In this document: positions 50,698 to 62,743 of the stretch, one piece after another
Layout of the letters: every line of letters starts with the position of its first letter
How positions within the stretch are numbered: position 1 is the first letter of the stretch
Assembly (NCBI GenBank): GCA_965178125.1
Contig: OZ237749.1
Location: 992,001-1,056,000, forward strand
Reading direction: 5' to 3'
Source: Bilabrum cf. latius
Taxonomy: Eukaryota
Length of the DNA stretch: 64,000 nucleotides
Made by a program: the position numbers and the translations under genes
The notes under the pieces: generated by a model
What the model was told of the DNA's origin: nothing
What the model saw: the letters and a program-made list of their open reading frames with translations, nothing else
Databases searched by the model: none

Positions 50698-52242
50698 TCA
50701 GCTTGTTACGTTCGATCCGGATGCTACGGGATCCTCACCACCCGGGTCGTGCGATGCGCTGGACTCCTTGGGAAGCCCCGCAGCAACTGCGACGCCATCA
50801 AAGCCCACACGGCACACCTTGGCACCTGCAAGCCGGACCCCACACTGCAGTCCGTGCAGCACATCCTCGGGCCGCCACTCAGGGCTCGGCCCGCCACCCC
50901 AGCCCCTCTCCCGCAGCCCACCTTCAGGCGCCCCACCCTCACCTGGGGCGGCGGCACTGGCAGCCCCCCCGCCGGCATCGCCTGCCGGTGCCTCCGCTTC
51001 TCTGTGCCTCGCCTACCACAGGCCCCAGATGCACCCCGCAATGAACGTGTCACCTGCACCCACCGTGTCTACGGGCTCGCCGCCTGCTGGGAGCCAGGCC
51101 GGCACATGCATAGCCCCTGCCAATGCCTCGCTCCTTCCGCGGCCACTGGCGGCGCCTGGCGCACTCGCATTCTCGGTCGAATCACCCACCGAACAACCGG
51201 CTGCAGCATCATCCGTTTCTTTGGATGGACTGTCAGGGACTCGCAGGCCCACTGCGCCCCTGTCGCCCCACGTGGTCACCAGCAGCGCGCCTGCTCTGCA
51301 TCGAGGCACCAAGTACTCCGCCAGCGCCTCAACCTTGGTGTCGCGCAGCAGCGCCGACTCAGAGGAAACGGTGCTTTCACTTGATGCAGTGGGTGCGCCT
51401 GCTGCGCCCTGTTCGCCCCCCGCTGCCGCTCTCCACGGCCCCAGCTGCAGCAAGTTCCCAAGCTCCTGGGGCGCGATCACCACATCGGCGAGGGCCACCA
51501 TCTGGTCTGCCAGCGGGCCCCTGTCCTTCTCCACCTCCAAGGATATGATGGGGTGGGTCTTTGCTTGGTCATGCTTATACGGCTCACCAGAAGCTTCGTC
51601 AACAGCCTTCAAGTTGCTTGTCTGCAACGCTCGCAGGAGCCGCATCATTGGCAGGGTCTCCTTGGCGTTGCGGCACTCGAAGTGGATCCAGTCCATGGAC
51701 TGCACGCCCCGACAAAGTGCCGAGAGCTCCATCTATGGCAATGCCTTCACGCCCACAGGACCCAGTTTCCTACCCAGGTCTGGTCTGCCCAGTATCTCCC
51801 TGCTAGCGATGCCGTTCGAATCTACGTCGTCTTCACCACGCAGCAAGTTCCTCGTGAACTGTTCCAGCGTGAGCTCAGGTAGATCTCGATAGTGAAGTAT
51901 GGTTCTGGACTTCGTTCTGGAATTCGATATGATCCACGACGTCGGCACGTGCCCACAACCTAGTATTGTGCAACCTGCAAAATCAACACGGTGCTTTACC
52001 AAGTCTTCCTGTATCAGTCGCGCACCGGGATCCCCTGAATCTTTTGCAAGCATAACGCCGATCCATCTTGCCTTCACTGCAGGCAGTTGAGCCGCAGTAA
52101 CTAGCGTGTTGGTAGCATTCCCCCCCCTCGCTCGCCGGATGGCTTTTACTCTGGTCTCTGTATCTTCTACTGGGTACCCATCAACCTCTTGAATAACATC
52201 AATACATGCAATACCAACACACGCTAATCTGAATTCTTCCAT
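50698..52242 (-). CDS. Ketohexokinase-like PfkB carbohydrate kinase (~514 aa)
   Basis: ACVGIACIDVIQEVDGYPVEDTE, RGGNATNT, SRTILHY, DWIHFECRN, ISLEVEK, VDTVGAGDTFIAG. Past a TAG comes the KHK-like end CGVRLAGAKVCRVGFDGV; TGA stop. Confidence 0.88.
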
Positions 52243-52347
52243 TCGCGGTGTAAGCGCACGATACTGTACCAGAGCGGTCGTTGAGATTGCAGTTGCTGTT
52301 TGCGTAGCGAGATGCAGCGACACAGAGATTATGTATTACGGATTCAA

Positions 52348-54567
52348 TCACTCCGTTGGGGCGTCCCACTACGTCCGTCCATCCTTATGAGCGTAGAAGG
52401 TATCCCCGTCGTCATCGGTCACTTTGGACCATCCCTCGGGCAGATCTTCCTTGTCCCCGTCCTCGTCCCCGTCCGCCGCATTGGCTAACGGTGCTTCCCA
52501 CTATGTATCTCCATCTTCGTGCACGTAGAACGTATCACCGTCCTCGTCTGTCACCTTGGACCACCCCGGCAGCAGCTTCTCTTCCTCGTCGCCCGGCTCC
52601 TCCTTATCTCCTGCCTCCTCTCCCTCTTCCTCCCCGTCAGCCATCGGGGGGTCCCACTGCGTCCGTCCGTCCTCATGCGCGTAGAAAGTGTCCCCGTCGT
52701 CATCGGTGATCTTGGACCACCCCGGGGCAAGCTTGACTTCAGCCCCTTCCCCTTCCCCTTCCCCTTCCCCTTCCCCTCCGTCCCCCGCGCTCTCCTTTTC
52801 TTCCTTGTCCTCGTCTTCCTTGTCCTCCTTGCCGGGGTGGTGGCTCATGCTGTGAATGCGACCCCTGGCCCCCTCCACCTCCCCCGCCCCTCCCCCCACG
52901 GCCCCTCCTGCAGCAGCCTCCCCGGGAGCCGTCGCATCCTCCGGGATCCCCGTCACCTCGTCCTTGCCCCCGGACCAGCTGGGCTCGCCCGCGGGTCGCC
53001 CCGGGAGCGCCTCGAGCTTTGCCTCGCTCACCACCGTAGCAGGGGGCTTGCTCGGGTCCGCGAAGCCCGGCCTGCCCTTGCGTTCCGACGCCCCCGACCC
53101 CTCTGCCTGCGCCATGATCTCCGCCACGTTGAGCTCCAGCGCCGCCTCCATGTGCTGCGCCTGGTCGCTGACCACGTACACGAGGAACGTGTCCGCCTCG
53201 TCCTTGACCTTGAGCGCAAACACCTTCTTGTCCTTGGACAGCGTCCACGAGTCTATGTCCACGAGGAGGTGCTGCTCCAGCGCCAGAGGGTCCTCCATCC
53301 CGGTGAGATGCACCCCGTCGTGGCTCACACCCACCGTCACGTCCTCGGTTCGCTGCCGCACCACGGCCTCCGACGGCTTGGAGTTCATCGTCTTCCAGGT
53401 TCGCTTGCCCACGAAGAACTGGGCCCCGAACGCGACAAAGTCCTTGGACACCTCGACGAACTCGCGCTCCGCCGACAGCCGACTCACCCCCTTCAGCTTG
53501 CGCCACCGCCCCAGCACCAGGTCGGCCGCATCCGACTTGCTCACTGCCTCCGCCCTCGACCTCCCGACGTGGCGGAACACCTACGTGCACCCGTGCGGCA
53601 GGCCGGCCACGGCGCCGGCCGCCTGTTTCTGCGCCGCAAGTGCCCCCTCTTTCCCCGCCCCCGCCCCTGCCCCCGCCTTCTTCGGGCCCTTCAGAGCCGC
53701 TCGCGTGGCTCTGTCCGCCGCATCGGGCGCGTCCCGCAGCAGGTAGGCAGGCACGAGGTCCTCCATCAGCGGGGTCACCACCTCGGGGCTGTCGCGGCCC
53801 TCCTGGAAGTCGCCCCTGCGAGCCTGCAGCAGCAGCGCCGACAGCAGCGTGGCGACATCCCTGGGGAACCTGTGCGAGCACTCCAAGAAGTGGAACTGGC
53901 ACTCGGCGAACACCACCCGGTGGTAAGGGTCCGACGTCGACGTGGCAGCGTCCTCGCGCTCGTCCACCGGGCCATCTGGCTGATAGCTTCTTCGCTTGAA
54001 GTAGAGCCGCCGCTCTCCTGCGCAGCTTGTACGATGAATGCAGATACGTCAATGGTATGATCGGTACCGTGGAGCAAGCTGCGATGACCTGTGCTTGGCA
54101 CGCGAGCATGTCAAAGCGCGCGAATGTTGAGTGCCTCTGAAGCTCACCATTAGCAACATCAGAGGCTGTCCACTTGCGAAGAACAGACTACATTTTGCTA
54201 TCATCTCGCAGAAGGGATAATACTCCACGGTAATAATCCATAAGGCCGTATTCGTGATCTAGTGAAATGTCTAGCTGCGAGAAAACGCCAAACGAAGTGA
54301 CGAGGCACTGGCACGACTTGAGCGCAACTGAAGCTACCTGGCTTTAAACATAGACTCGCATAATAGTGCCGCAAATGCTGCTGCCAATGGCGACGGCTAG
54401 TGCAATCGGTAAGGCAGTCTCACCTTGTCTCGAATTGCAACGCATAAGTCTCCTACGTTGGCTTCTGGCTTCACCGAGACCGTAAAAACCGTACCGTCCA
54501 GTAAGTACACAGGAATTTCTGTGCCAGAGGCTACCAGCTGGATCGAACCGCTTCCAAACAGTGCCAT
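52348..54567 (-). CDS. FERM-domain protein with three C-terminal WW repeats (~646 aa; introns 54275-54423 and 54018-54147)
   Basis: F1: VYLLDGTVFTV...IRDK|LDISLDHEYGL, RLYFKRR. F2: DVATLLSALLLQARRGDF, DLVPAYL. F3: FGAQFF, VGVSHDGVHL. WW repeats of the form LxxGWSK(I/V)TD(D/E)DGDTFYxHxDGxT(Q/*)W(D/E)xP; TGA stop. Confidence 0.88.
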
Positions 54568-54834
54568 GCCGACGGTCTAACTGGGTCAGGTATTGGCGTC
54601 CCAAGCAGGATCTACGTGCCAAACGTAAGACCAAGCAAGTGCAGCGATGATTCTTGAATTCAATGCACAATATCTATGTACACCTCTAGTGATACGCCCG
54701 TACAGACCCTTCAAGGTACAACCCAGCAACGGATTGCGCCGCGTGGATTCGCCGGATCGAACTTTTGAGGTTTTAATCTTCTTCTTGAAAGTTCAACACG
54801 CTACAAAGGACCTCTTGCAAACCCCCCGCCCTAA

Positions 54835-55426
54835 TCAGTCATTTCGCGCACGTTTCGCAGGCCTGGTGTCAGCACTCTACTGAGAAACCTTAACCACTGC
54901 ATGCTCCGCGTTCACGACATTCCTGAAGTTCGCGGGACTAAGTGAAATTGACGGCATCACACCATCCTCATCTCGATCATCATCCTTTAGCTCAGACAGA
55001 CTGGACAGTTCTTCCGAGAACCGTCTTCGCTTACTTGCCTTCGGTCGCTTCCACTCACCAGCTTCGGCACCATCCTCGCTCTGCTGGCTCGTACTTTTGA
55101 GGTTGCGACCGGACCGGCGTTCGAACCTCCGAGTCGCTCGACGACGGCCGGGGCGGGGCTTGGTGAGAGGCCGCCACCAAGTCAAAAGCATGTATCTTGG
55201 AAAGACCTAAAACCATGCCAGCGTAGACATGGGCTGGGGCCTTAGCCAGCGTCAGCATCCCCACGGTTCCACCCCGGACCCGCCCGCCCGTGGAGAAGGC
55301 CTCGAGCCTCCGAGCCAAATTAAACGCCTGCAGCAGGTGATAGAGCGATTTAACAGCGCTCACCTTATCAATACTCCATCTCAGCACATGTTTTCGATCG
55401 AACCCCGCCACCACATTGCGCCCCAA
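54835..55426 (-). CDS. Possible small intron-containing hypothetical gene (5' end unresolved)
   Basis: Charged, protein-like frame (KRPKASKRRRFSEELSSL...) reading through one TAG to TGA 54835-54837; candidate intron 55207-55363. No homology recognised. Confidence 0.3.
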
Positions 55427-55773
55427 CCTCTGCCTTCAGGCCTGGCTCGAGCCATGCCGGGTGAAGCCTGCCCGTGGAGGTGCAGGTCGGGTCACGGTGC
55501 TCGACCTCAGTGCGCAGTGGGTCCAGCTCGTTAGCCACCTGTATCCGATGAGCGGCGGAGTACCTGTGGCAGTGTAGCCGCCTCCATGGGCCACGGTCAC
55601 CCGCGTCTGCACTCGCCCTGCCGCCGCGCGTCGCCGGCTTTAATCGCGTCGCCGGTTGCAACTGCGTTTTCGCCCATTTTTGCGCAGTTGACACGTTGCC
55701 TGCGAGCTCGTGTTCGCCAGAATCTTGGCTTCGATTCTTTTTTGGAGGACACATACAAGAGACTGGAGTCGTC

Positions 55774-57624
55774 ATGGCAACCGTAGCGGAGCACCCGCGG
55801 CAGCGCGGGGGCCAGCCCAGCCACGCAGCTTCTGCAATCCAAATCTCAGGGTCCTACTGCTGCTGCTGTTTATGCGGTCTTGCCGGCGCCCACCACGCGT
55901 ATCTCGGTCGTTCATGGTCGGCCATTCTATCGGCGATGTCTTGCAATCTGTTCGGGTGCGGTTGGATTGCTGACGGCTTCTTGATCCCTCAGTACGCAAC
56001 TGTGCAGCAGCAGCAGCGGTGGGAAGCGTACCATGAGCGTGATGCAGTACCAGAGACTGACACAGCTACAGAAATAGTGCAGCGGAAAAAATCAGGCGTT
56101 CCATTCGACCTTCACGAATCCTTCCTCTACCGATGCATGCTGCTGCTGACTGCGCTGAGCTGGGCCCCTCACATTCCCTACCAATTTGTGTATGGAGAGG
56201 CACTCGCAGTGATGGGAAGCAGCACATACCGACCAGATGCCTAGGCCCGAGAGATAGCTCAGGCCGGGGCCGCTGCAGTGGCAGGGATGGTTGCGGCGCT
56301 GATCGCAGTGGCCGCTTGCTCCGCGGGGGCGCCCAAGCGCAGAAGTACGACCGCGCTGCTCGCTCTGTGCGCAATCGGTGCTGCGATTGGGGGGTTTGGC
56401 CGCATGTACGGCAGCTATTGGGGCCTGCCAGGGCTATCTGCCTCGGAGGGCAGAGGGGCGGGATCGGTCCAGGGACTTGGAGGCAACGAGACAAATGGGG
56501 GTGAGGACGATGGCGAGGGAGAGGGAGAGGGAGAGTGGGAGGGGGATGAGGAAGAGGACGACTGGGGCCCCGGAGCGGATCCTGCCCCTTTCGTCTTGCT
56601 GGCGCTTCCAGCCGTGCTCGTGCTGCTGGCAGGCTGCTGCCTGCCCCTAACGTGCAACCCCTTCCCGCCCGCCTTCCAGTGGGACAAGACGTCCGCACCG
56701 GTGGCACAGGGCACTTCTGGTGTGCCAGTGGAAGGGAGGCGCAAGCAAGAGGTAGATGATGACCCGCCGACCCAGGGCAGCAGCGCCGAGGGAAGATCAG
56801 TGGAGGAGGAGAAGGAGAAGGAAGAGGAGGAGCAGGTGGAAGAGATCCGGTGGGCGGGCACGAAATTAGGCGAGCTGCCGAGTGACGGCCCCGTGGCGGG
56901 CTGTGCGCGCGTGATTCTGCTGCTATCGCTTGCCGGCATGTGGTGGGGCATGTCCCTGTGGGTGCTGGTGCGAGATGCACCCATCCGTGTGCCCCTAGAA
57001 GCATGTGACGAGCGCGTGCATCCCCAGTGGCGCGTGTCCGGCGATTGGGACGAATCAACAGGTGCGTTCGAGGAGGACCAGTGCAGGACGTACGTGGGTG
57101 TGCTGGCGAGGAGGTGGGCCATGGAGGTGCCCCGCGGCGTGGCCTGGGTGTATGCCCACTGGAGCATCCTGTACGAGTCCATCTCCGAGGGTCTGCAGGA
57201 CGAGGCTGGGATGGAGGCCAGGCACCTGCAGGAGCTGGGTCTGGAGGAGGGCGCCAGCTGGGGCGCGGTCAAGAAGGCCTACAGGGGACTGGCTAGAGAG
57301 CTGCACCCGGACACTGCGGGCAGGAAGAGGGGCGGGCAGGGCGAGGAGGGGGATAGCAAAGAGGATAGGCTGGCTCGGTTCCATCGGGTGAGGCACGCCT
57401 TTGAGGAGCTGCAGGTGCTGCGGGGGCAGGGGGGCAGGCATGGACGAGGGGCGGAGGAGGAGGAGGAGATGGGGGCGGGAAAAGGTGCCAGTGGAACGAG
57501 ACAAAGGCAGTGGCGGGCGAGTCAGCGCGGAGGAGGAGGCAGAGGCAGAGGGAGTAGGAGAAGCAGGGCGTCAGGAGGCGGTCGGATGGGGCGGGGTGGT
57601 GGGGGACACGGGAACGAGCTGTGA
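55774..57624 (+). CDS. Multi-pass membrane J-domain protein with N-terminal TM2-like domain (DNAJC22/Wurst-like architecture), copy 1 (~616 aa)
   Basis: TM2-like GLAGAHHAYLGR...LFGCGWIADGFLIPQY. J-domain LGLEEGASWGAVKKAYRGLARELHPD...RFHRVRHAFEEL. One TAG; ends GNEL-TGA. Confidence 0.82.
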
Positions 57625-59239
57625 TGGAGGGTTGGCTTGGAGCCTTAACATAGCGCGAGAATCACTGCTAGAACTTTTGCACCTAGATCTAGCGACTTGC
57701 CGCTGTAATGTGTGACCATGCCCAGCCAGCACACTCGTCATCGCACCCCCGTGGCTGCTGCTTTCACCAGGCACACAAAGACCCCTACCGAAAGCACTCT
57801 GCAGGAGCTGCTATTGCCTTGAGTTTATTGTTGACAAGATTGGCAAGCTGATATTCGTATGCCAGTGGTTGCTCCCGTTCGCTGCTGCTCGCGAGAGTTA
57901 TGCAGCAGGTGCGCCCAGTCACCGGCCCTCTGTCTTGATAGTTGCGCCCCATGCTGCTGCTGCATAGCGTGTGGGGCGTGCGGTGCCCACCATGCGTACA
58001 TAGGCAAGTCGTGCTCGGCTGTTGTTGCGGCCACCACATGCAATTTCTGCTTGATCGGCTGGTTGAGCGACGGGATCGCACTTGAGAAGCACGCCATCGA
58101 GATGGCGATGCTCAGGCATCTATCGATGCCAAATTGCTTTTACGACGAGCTTAATTATAATGATGAAACGATCGCCTTCGATAAGTTGCGAACATTGCAC
58201 ACGCTATACGGTCGTAAAGATTCCTCTCTATTGTGGAGCGTGCTGGCGCTTGCTGTTGCGACTTTCATATCTGTGTATGCAGGTATGATTGTGCGTGGTG
58301 AGATCATATCGCTGATTGACGCAAATCCCTACGATCCTGGCGTTTATTCGATGTGGGTGTCCGATGTGGTGGCTGCTGCAACGACGGGTGGTGTATCGTC
58401 AGCACTCTCTTGCGCATTTGTGATGGCCGGTCTACCGAGGGGGTATGAGCAGTACCGTGTAGCGAGCCATATGAGTACTATTGCGCTTATGTTTGGAGCA
58501 GGGCTTGGAATCTGCATTGGATGGCCAGGACTGCTTAACACAGGTGTCGATAGACTGCTAACAGCGAGCACTAGCGCTTCATCCCACAGCCAATTTGCAG
58601 CACAAGTGATTGCCTTTGTCATTCCACTTATTATTTTGGGCATAAGCTGCTGCTTGCCAAATCGGGGCGAGCTCGAATCTGAGCCGCAGAGCTGCATCCA
58701 AAAGTGGTGCGTGAATCCGTTCACACCCGCTATTCAGTGGGATATGCATCGGATGGGTCCTCCGGACGAAGAGAGGTACATTAACAGGAACAGTAGCATG
58801 GCAGTCGACCGCGAAGCCGTGCTCGGGGCAAGAATTGGCGAGGAGGATGAGTACGAAGATGTTGCACCCGGCCTCCGTCTGCGCAACGCGAATCCTAGAC
58901 GTCGAGGCAGAGATAAGGGCACAGAAGAAGACCCGAGCGCATTGCACAGAGATACTGAGTTCGAGATCCGGTGGGCCGGTACACCGCACGAAGAGCTGCC
59001 TGCGAGAGGTGTGGTCGCGGGGTGCCGGCGCGTGCTGCGGGTGCTTGCATTCGGGGTGCTTTGGTGGGGCATGATTCTGTGGCAGGTTGTGCGGGATGTA
59101 CCCATCCGCGTGCCCCTGGAAACGTGTGACGAGCGCGTGCATCCCCAGTGGCGCGTGTCCGGCGATTGGGACGAATCGACAGGTGCGTTCGAGGAGGACC
59201 AGTGCAGGACGTACGTGGGTGTGCTGGCGAGGAGGTGGG
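57004..59239 (+). repeat. 115-bp near-identical block shared by the two J-domain paralogues (57004-57118 and 59125-59239)
   Basis: tgtgacgagcgcgtgcatcc...gcgaggaggtggg is identical except for one substitution (57057 a / 59178 g). Confidence 0.92.
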
Positions 59240-59658
59240 TGCTGGACTGGGACACAGCGCGGCTGGCCTGCTTGCTTCCTCTGTCTGGCTGCAACTCGCG
59301 CGTGGACATGCCTGGGCAGGGAGCAGATGTGCACCTGCATGTGCTGAACCTAACCAGGAATGCCAGCTGGGAGCAGGCCCGTGAGAAGTATCTGGACCTG
59401 TCCTAGACACAACATCCCGAGGTAAGGCGGGATGCCAGTGGACAAGACGCTGGGAATGGCACTCATGTGACGGACGAGCCAAGGTTGAAGCAAGTGGAGG
59501 AATACCTCCGGGTGAGGCACGCCTTCGAGGAGCTGTGGGTCCTGCACGACCTGGGCATCTTCGGTGCAAGCCGAGACGACAGCAAGAAGCGATCGGGTGG
59601 CATGAGAACCGAGTAGGACGGGGTTCCCGAGTCGCCTATCGATCGGGGGGAGCTATGA
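57859..59658 (+). CDS. Tandem paralogue of the TM2+J-domain protein, copy 2, HPD changed to HPE (~599 aa)
   Basis: GACGAHHAYIGK...IGWLSDG, EIRWAGT, PIRVPLETCDERVHPQW, LNLTRNASWEQAREKYLDLS*TQHPE...RVRHAFEEL. Ends RGEL-TGA. Confidence 0.82.
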
Positions 59659-59903
59659 GGCTTTAGTTTTTCATTGATTCACTGGCCGCAATACGTTCTT
59701 GTCTTTAGTCATTGGTGGTGGCACGCATAGCAAAGTGCATCCCATGATGGCACAAGAAGGTGCCGCCCAGCAGCTGCCAGTGAGACCCCACACTCTCTGA
59801 CGGAATCAGCTGCACGGTGAACTTGTCTTAACCAACCATACTACCAGAGCTCAACTCACAGGGCACTCAATTGGCCCGGGACAGACTGCGAGCTGCGGCG
59901 AGA

Positions 59904-60398
59904 ATGGCAAGTTCAGAAGCACCGTCTGGTACATCCGCGGTTGCTTCGGCCGTAGAAGTGGAGCCTGATGTGAAAGATTAGGCTGATCCAGTGGCAATAG
60001 AATTAAGGTAGGTTGTGCACAAGGCAATCATGATGCAAGGTGACGCGTTCCAATGCTGGCACCTCGTTGACAACGCCTTGTTGACCTAGCAAAATCCACC
60101 CTAGCAATCCCGCAGCGGGGGTCTGGAGCTCTTGTTCGACAGCAACAAGCATATTATGATTCCATATTCAAAGTTGGTATAGGCAGCAGAAGGTGATGCG
60201 ACGATGGAAACGGTAATCAGCACCCTGAAATCCGAATACCTCTGCGAAAGACCGGAGTTGTTCGTAGACGGCGACACTATACGACCAGGCATTTTGTGCT
60301 TAATCAACGACGCGGATTGGGACCTGGAAGGGTAGCTTGACTACGTTGTGCAGCCCGGTGATACGATTGCTTTCGTCTCCACGCTCCACGGTGGCTAA
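59904..60398 (+). CDS. URM1: Ubiquitin-related modifier 1 (128 aa; intron 60008-60115); absent from the supplied ORF track
   Basis: [11 protein letters not shown]...[49 protein letters not shown] followed by TAA. Three internal TAG (59979, 60180, 60333). Confidence 0.96.
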
Positions 60399-60482
60399 GT
60401 GGGCGCATCATGAGTTGAGCGTGCTCTCAGAAGCAAGAATCATGTCTGTTCAATTCGACCTGTATCATTCAATGCGCATCAT

Positions 60483-60737
60483 TCACGCTTTCGAGGCTGT
60501 CAGTCGCTTAGCCAACATGATTCCAGTACCAATGGCGAACACGCTGGCAACCGACGCGAACGACAAAAATCTCGCCATGTTTCCCGTGATCCTAAATGCA
60601 ATTACCTTTGAACGACTCGCGGTTGACGTGCTTCTCGTCACAGGATTGTAGGCGTCGGCAAACATACTGTCCAGGTCCGTCATCAATCGTTGGTGCATCT
60701 GCTGCTGCTGGCTCATTTGCGTCGCACCTGCGTTCAT
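60483..60737 (-). CDS. Small hypothetical protein (84 aa) with a C-terminal hydrophobic segment
   Basis: ATG-to-TGA ORF filling the gap between URM1 and the next gene. Hydrophobic FLSFASVASVFAIGTGIML is followed by basic residues, as in a tail anchor. Confidence 0.45.
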   Translation of the reverse strand: MNAGATQMSQQQQMHQRLMTDLDSMFADAYNPVTRSTSTASRSKVIAFRITGNMARFLSFASVASVFAIGTGIMLAKRLTASKA

Positions 60738-60884
60738 GTCTCGAATACTGAGTAGGCAGTTTTTGCGCAGTTTCTTGTGACGGGGGAAGGTTACATCTCA
60801 CCGCGGCGTAGGCGACAGCACAACAAAATACCGGAAGAGGTCTTTTGGCCGCAACGGCTTGTCGCACTGTACGCTCTATCCGCC

Positions 60885-62184
60885 ATGGGGTGTGGGAGCA
60901 GCGCCCAGGTTGAAATTGATGATCACGAAGAGGAGCTTGTAGAGCTGAAAATCCTCGCGACAGGTACGATCGTTGCGGTTGAGATCGTGATGACTTCACG
61001 TCGGTTTCACTGCACCTACAGAGCCCGCGCTTGGTTTGCTTCTTGCCGCAGGTCCGTCCGTATGGAGGAGCGAGGTGTGCTCGTTTATGGTTTTGGATAA
61101 GGCGGAGGGGGCCCAGCCTCTGGATAGGGTCCGCACGGAGGTGGGTGGCCGTCTTTTCAGTTTTTCTGGACATCCCCGATTGTCGACCATTTTCTGGGAT
61201 GCCCCTGCGCGAGACCCGAAAATGCTGCCACCAGTTACAACCTCGCAAGTTGGTGCACTTGTCGTTGCTGTTGATGCAGAGCTTGAGCCGGCAGCTGATG
61301 CCCGCACCCTGAACTGCGACCTTGCTCTTGCCGAGCAGCTCAAGAGCGCGGGGGACGCCGTGGACCACGTCCGTGCAGTGCGCGAGAGGGAGGAGCTAGG
61401 GAATGACGAAAAGTTGAGCGTGGACGCAGACGCATTCGGCACCGAGGCAGCGTCCTGCCCGCTGCAGGTGCTGCTTCTCGTAAACCACTCGGACATGGTC
61501 GCAGCCCAGGCAGCCAGCAAGCGAGCGATCGAGGCAGCATCGCAGCAGCAGGACGCAGAGCTAGCCGGAAATGATGGTATCTCAGGGTCTGGTGGGGCCA
61601 GGAACGGAAACGAGCTGGTGGAGGAGGCGGCGAAGGCAGTTCGGTCCGCCGGTGTGGTGGCCCAGGCCGCCTAGGTGTGGAGGCAGGAGCTGGACGTGGG
61701 GGGGACCGTGACTGTGCGGCACGTGTGTGTGAGGGACCGCTGGGGCCTGCAGGACGCCATGCGGGACGTATTCAAGCGCGTGCTGTTCCGGGTTGAGGCT
61801 GCTCGTAGAGAGAAGGAGAAGGAGAGGGCGAAGGGCACAGGGGGAGGCAGGGCCGCAGGTGGTGGCACTGGCACTGGCACTGGCACTGGCACTGGCGGTC
61901 GGCAGCAGGAGTCCAAAGAGCTTTCCCACGCCGATGCAGTGGGCATACGGAACAGGAGCGGGGACGCCCATGCCGCCACTGGCATGGGCATGGGAGTGGG
62001 TGCAGAGCGCAGTGCAAGTCCCCCCGGAGGCGGCCCGTCGCCCTCGAGCTCCTCCCACAGGGCCTCCCCCTCGCTCAGGACGCCGTCTGCGGTAGCACTG
62101 GGGGACGGGCGCATTCGGCTGGACGATGCGATGGCCACTGGGGGAGCAGGGCCAGATCCGGATGTCGGTAAGGGCAGGTCTTGA
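60885..62184 (+). CDS. Degenerate Ras/Rab-like small GTPase-fold protein with N-terminal MGC acylation motif (~403 aa; intron 60964-61051)
   Basis: MGCGSS start. LKILATG|PSVWRSE at the G1 position, IFWDAP at G3, LLLVNHSD at G4, then a C-terminal helix GLQDAMRDVFKRV. One TAG; TGA stop. Confidence 0.6.
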
Positions 62185-62743
62185 ACGCAAATACCATTCA
62201 TCGGATCCTCAAATTCCACGGATGCTCGCAACGGAACATATCATCTGTTCTAAAATCAATTGCACTCAACCAAAAGAAGAGACCGCATACAAGAACATTT
62301 CGGGCCAGCCCCTCATCTGGTTGCCCAGCTGCATGAACAGGCGCCGGCTCTGCGACGCAGACACGTGGCTGCTGGGAAATCACCCAGTCTCCGCCCCACT
62401 CCTGTTTACAGAGGAGGCATGGGCGTCATCGACAAGCAGTCCGTTGGCTCGATCGCACCGACCGGTGGAGAACACCGACTGAACCAAGCAAGACATTCCA
62501 GCGCTCCCACAGCGACATCCACATGGACGCCCAGCTGGCGCTAGGATTCACAAGGCTCCTTGCGGCCGTCCATGCTGCGTCTCCTGCTGCGCCTCTCTCT
62601 GGTCACTCCCCGGCTCCTCAGAGGAGTCCTCCATGCCGCCCCACGAACTCAAATACGAACACCTGCCGACACAGACAGAGACGGTCGCTGAAATCAGCAT
62701 CACGAACTCCATTTCCCGACATTTCCCCACACGTTGCTACCTA

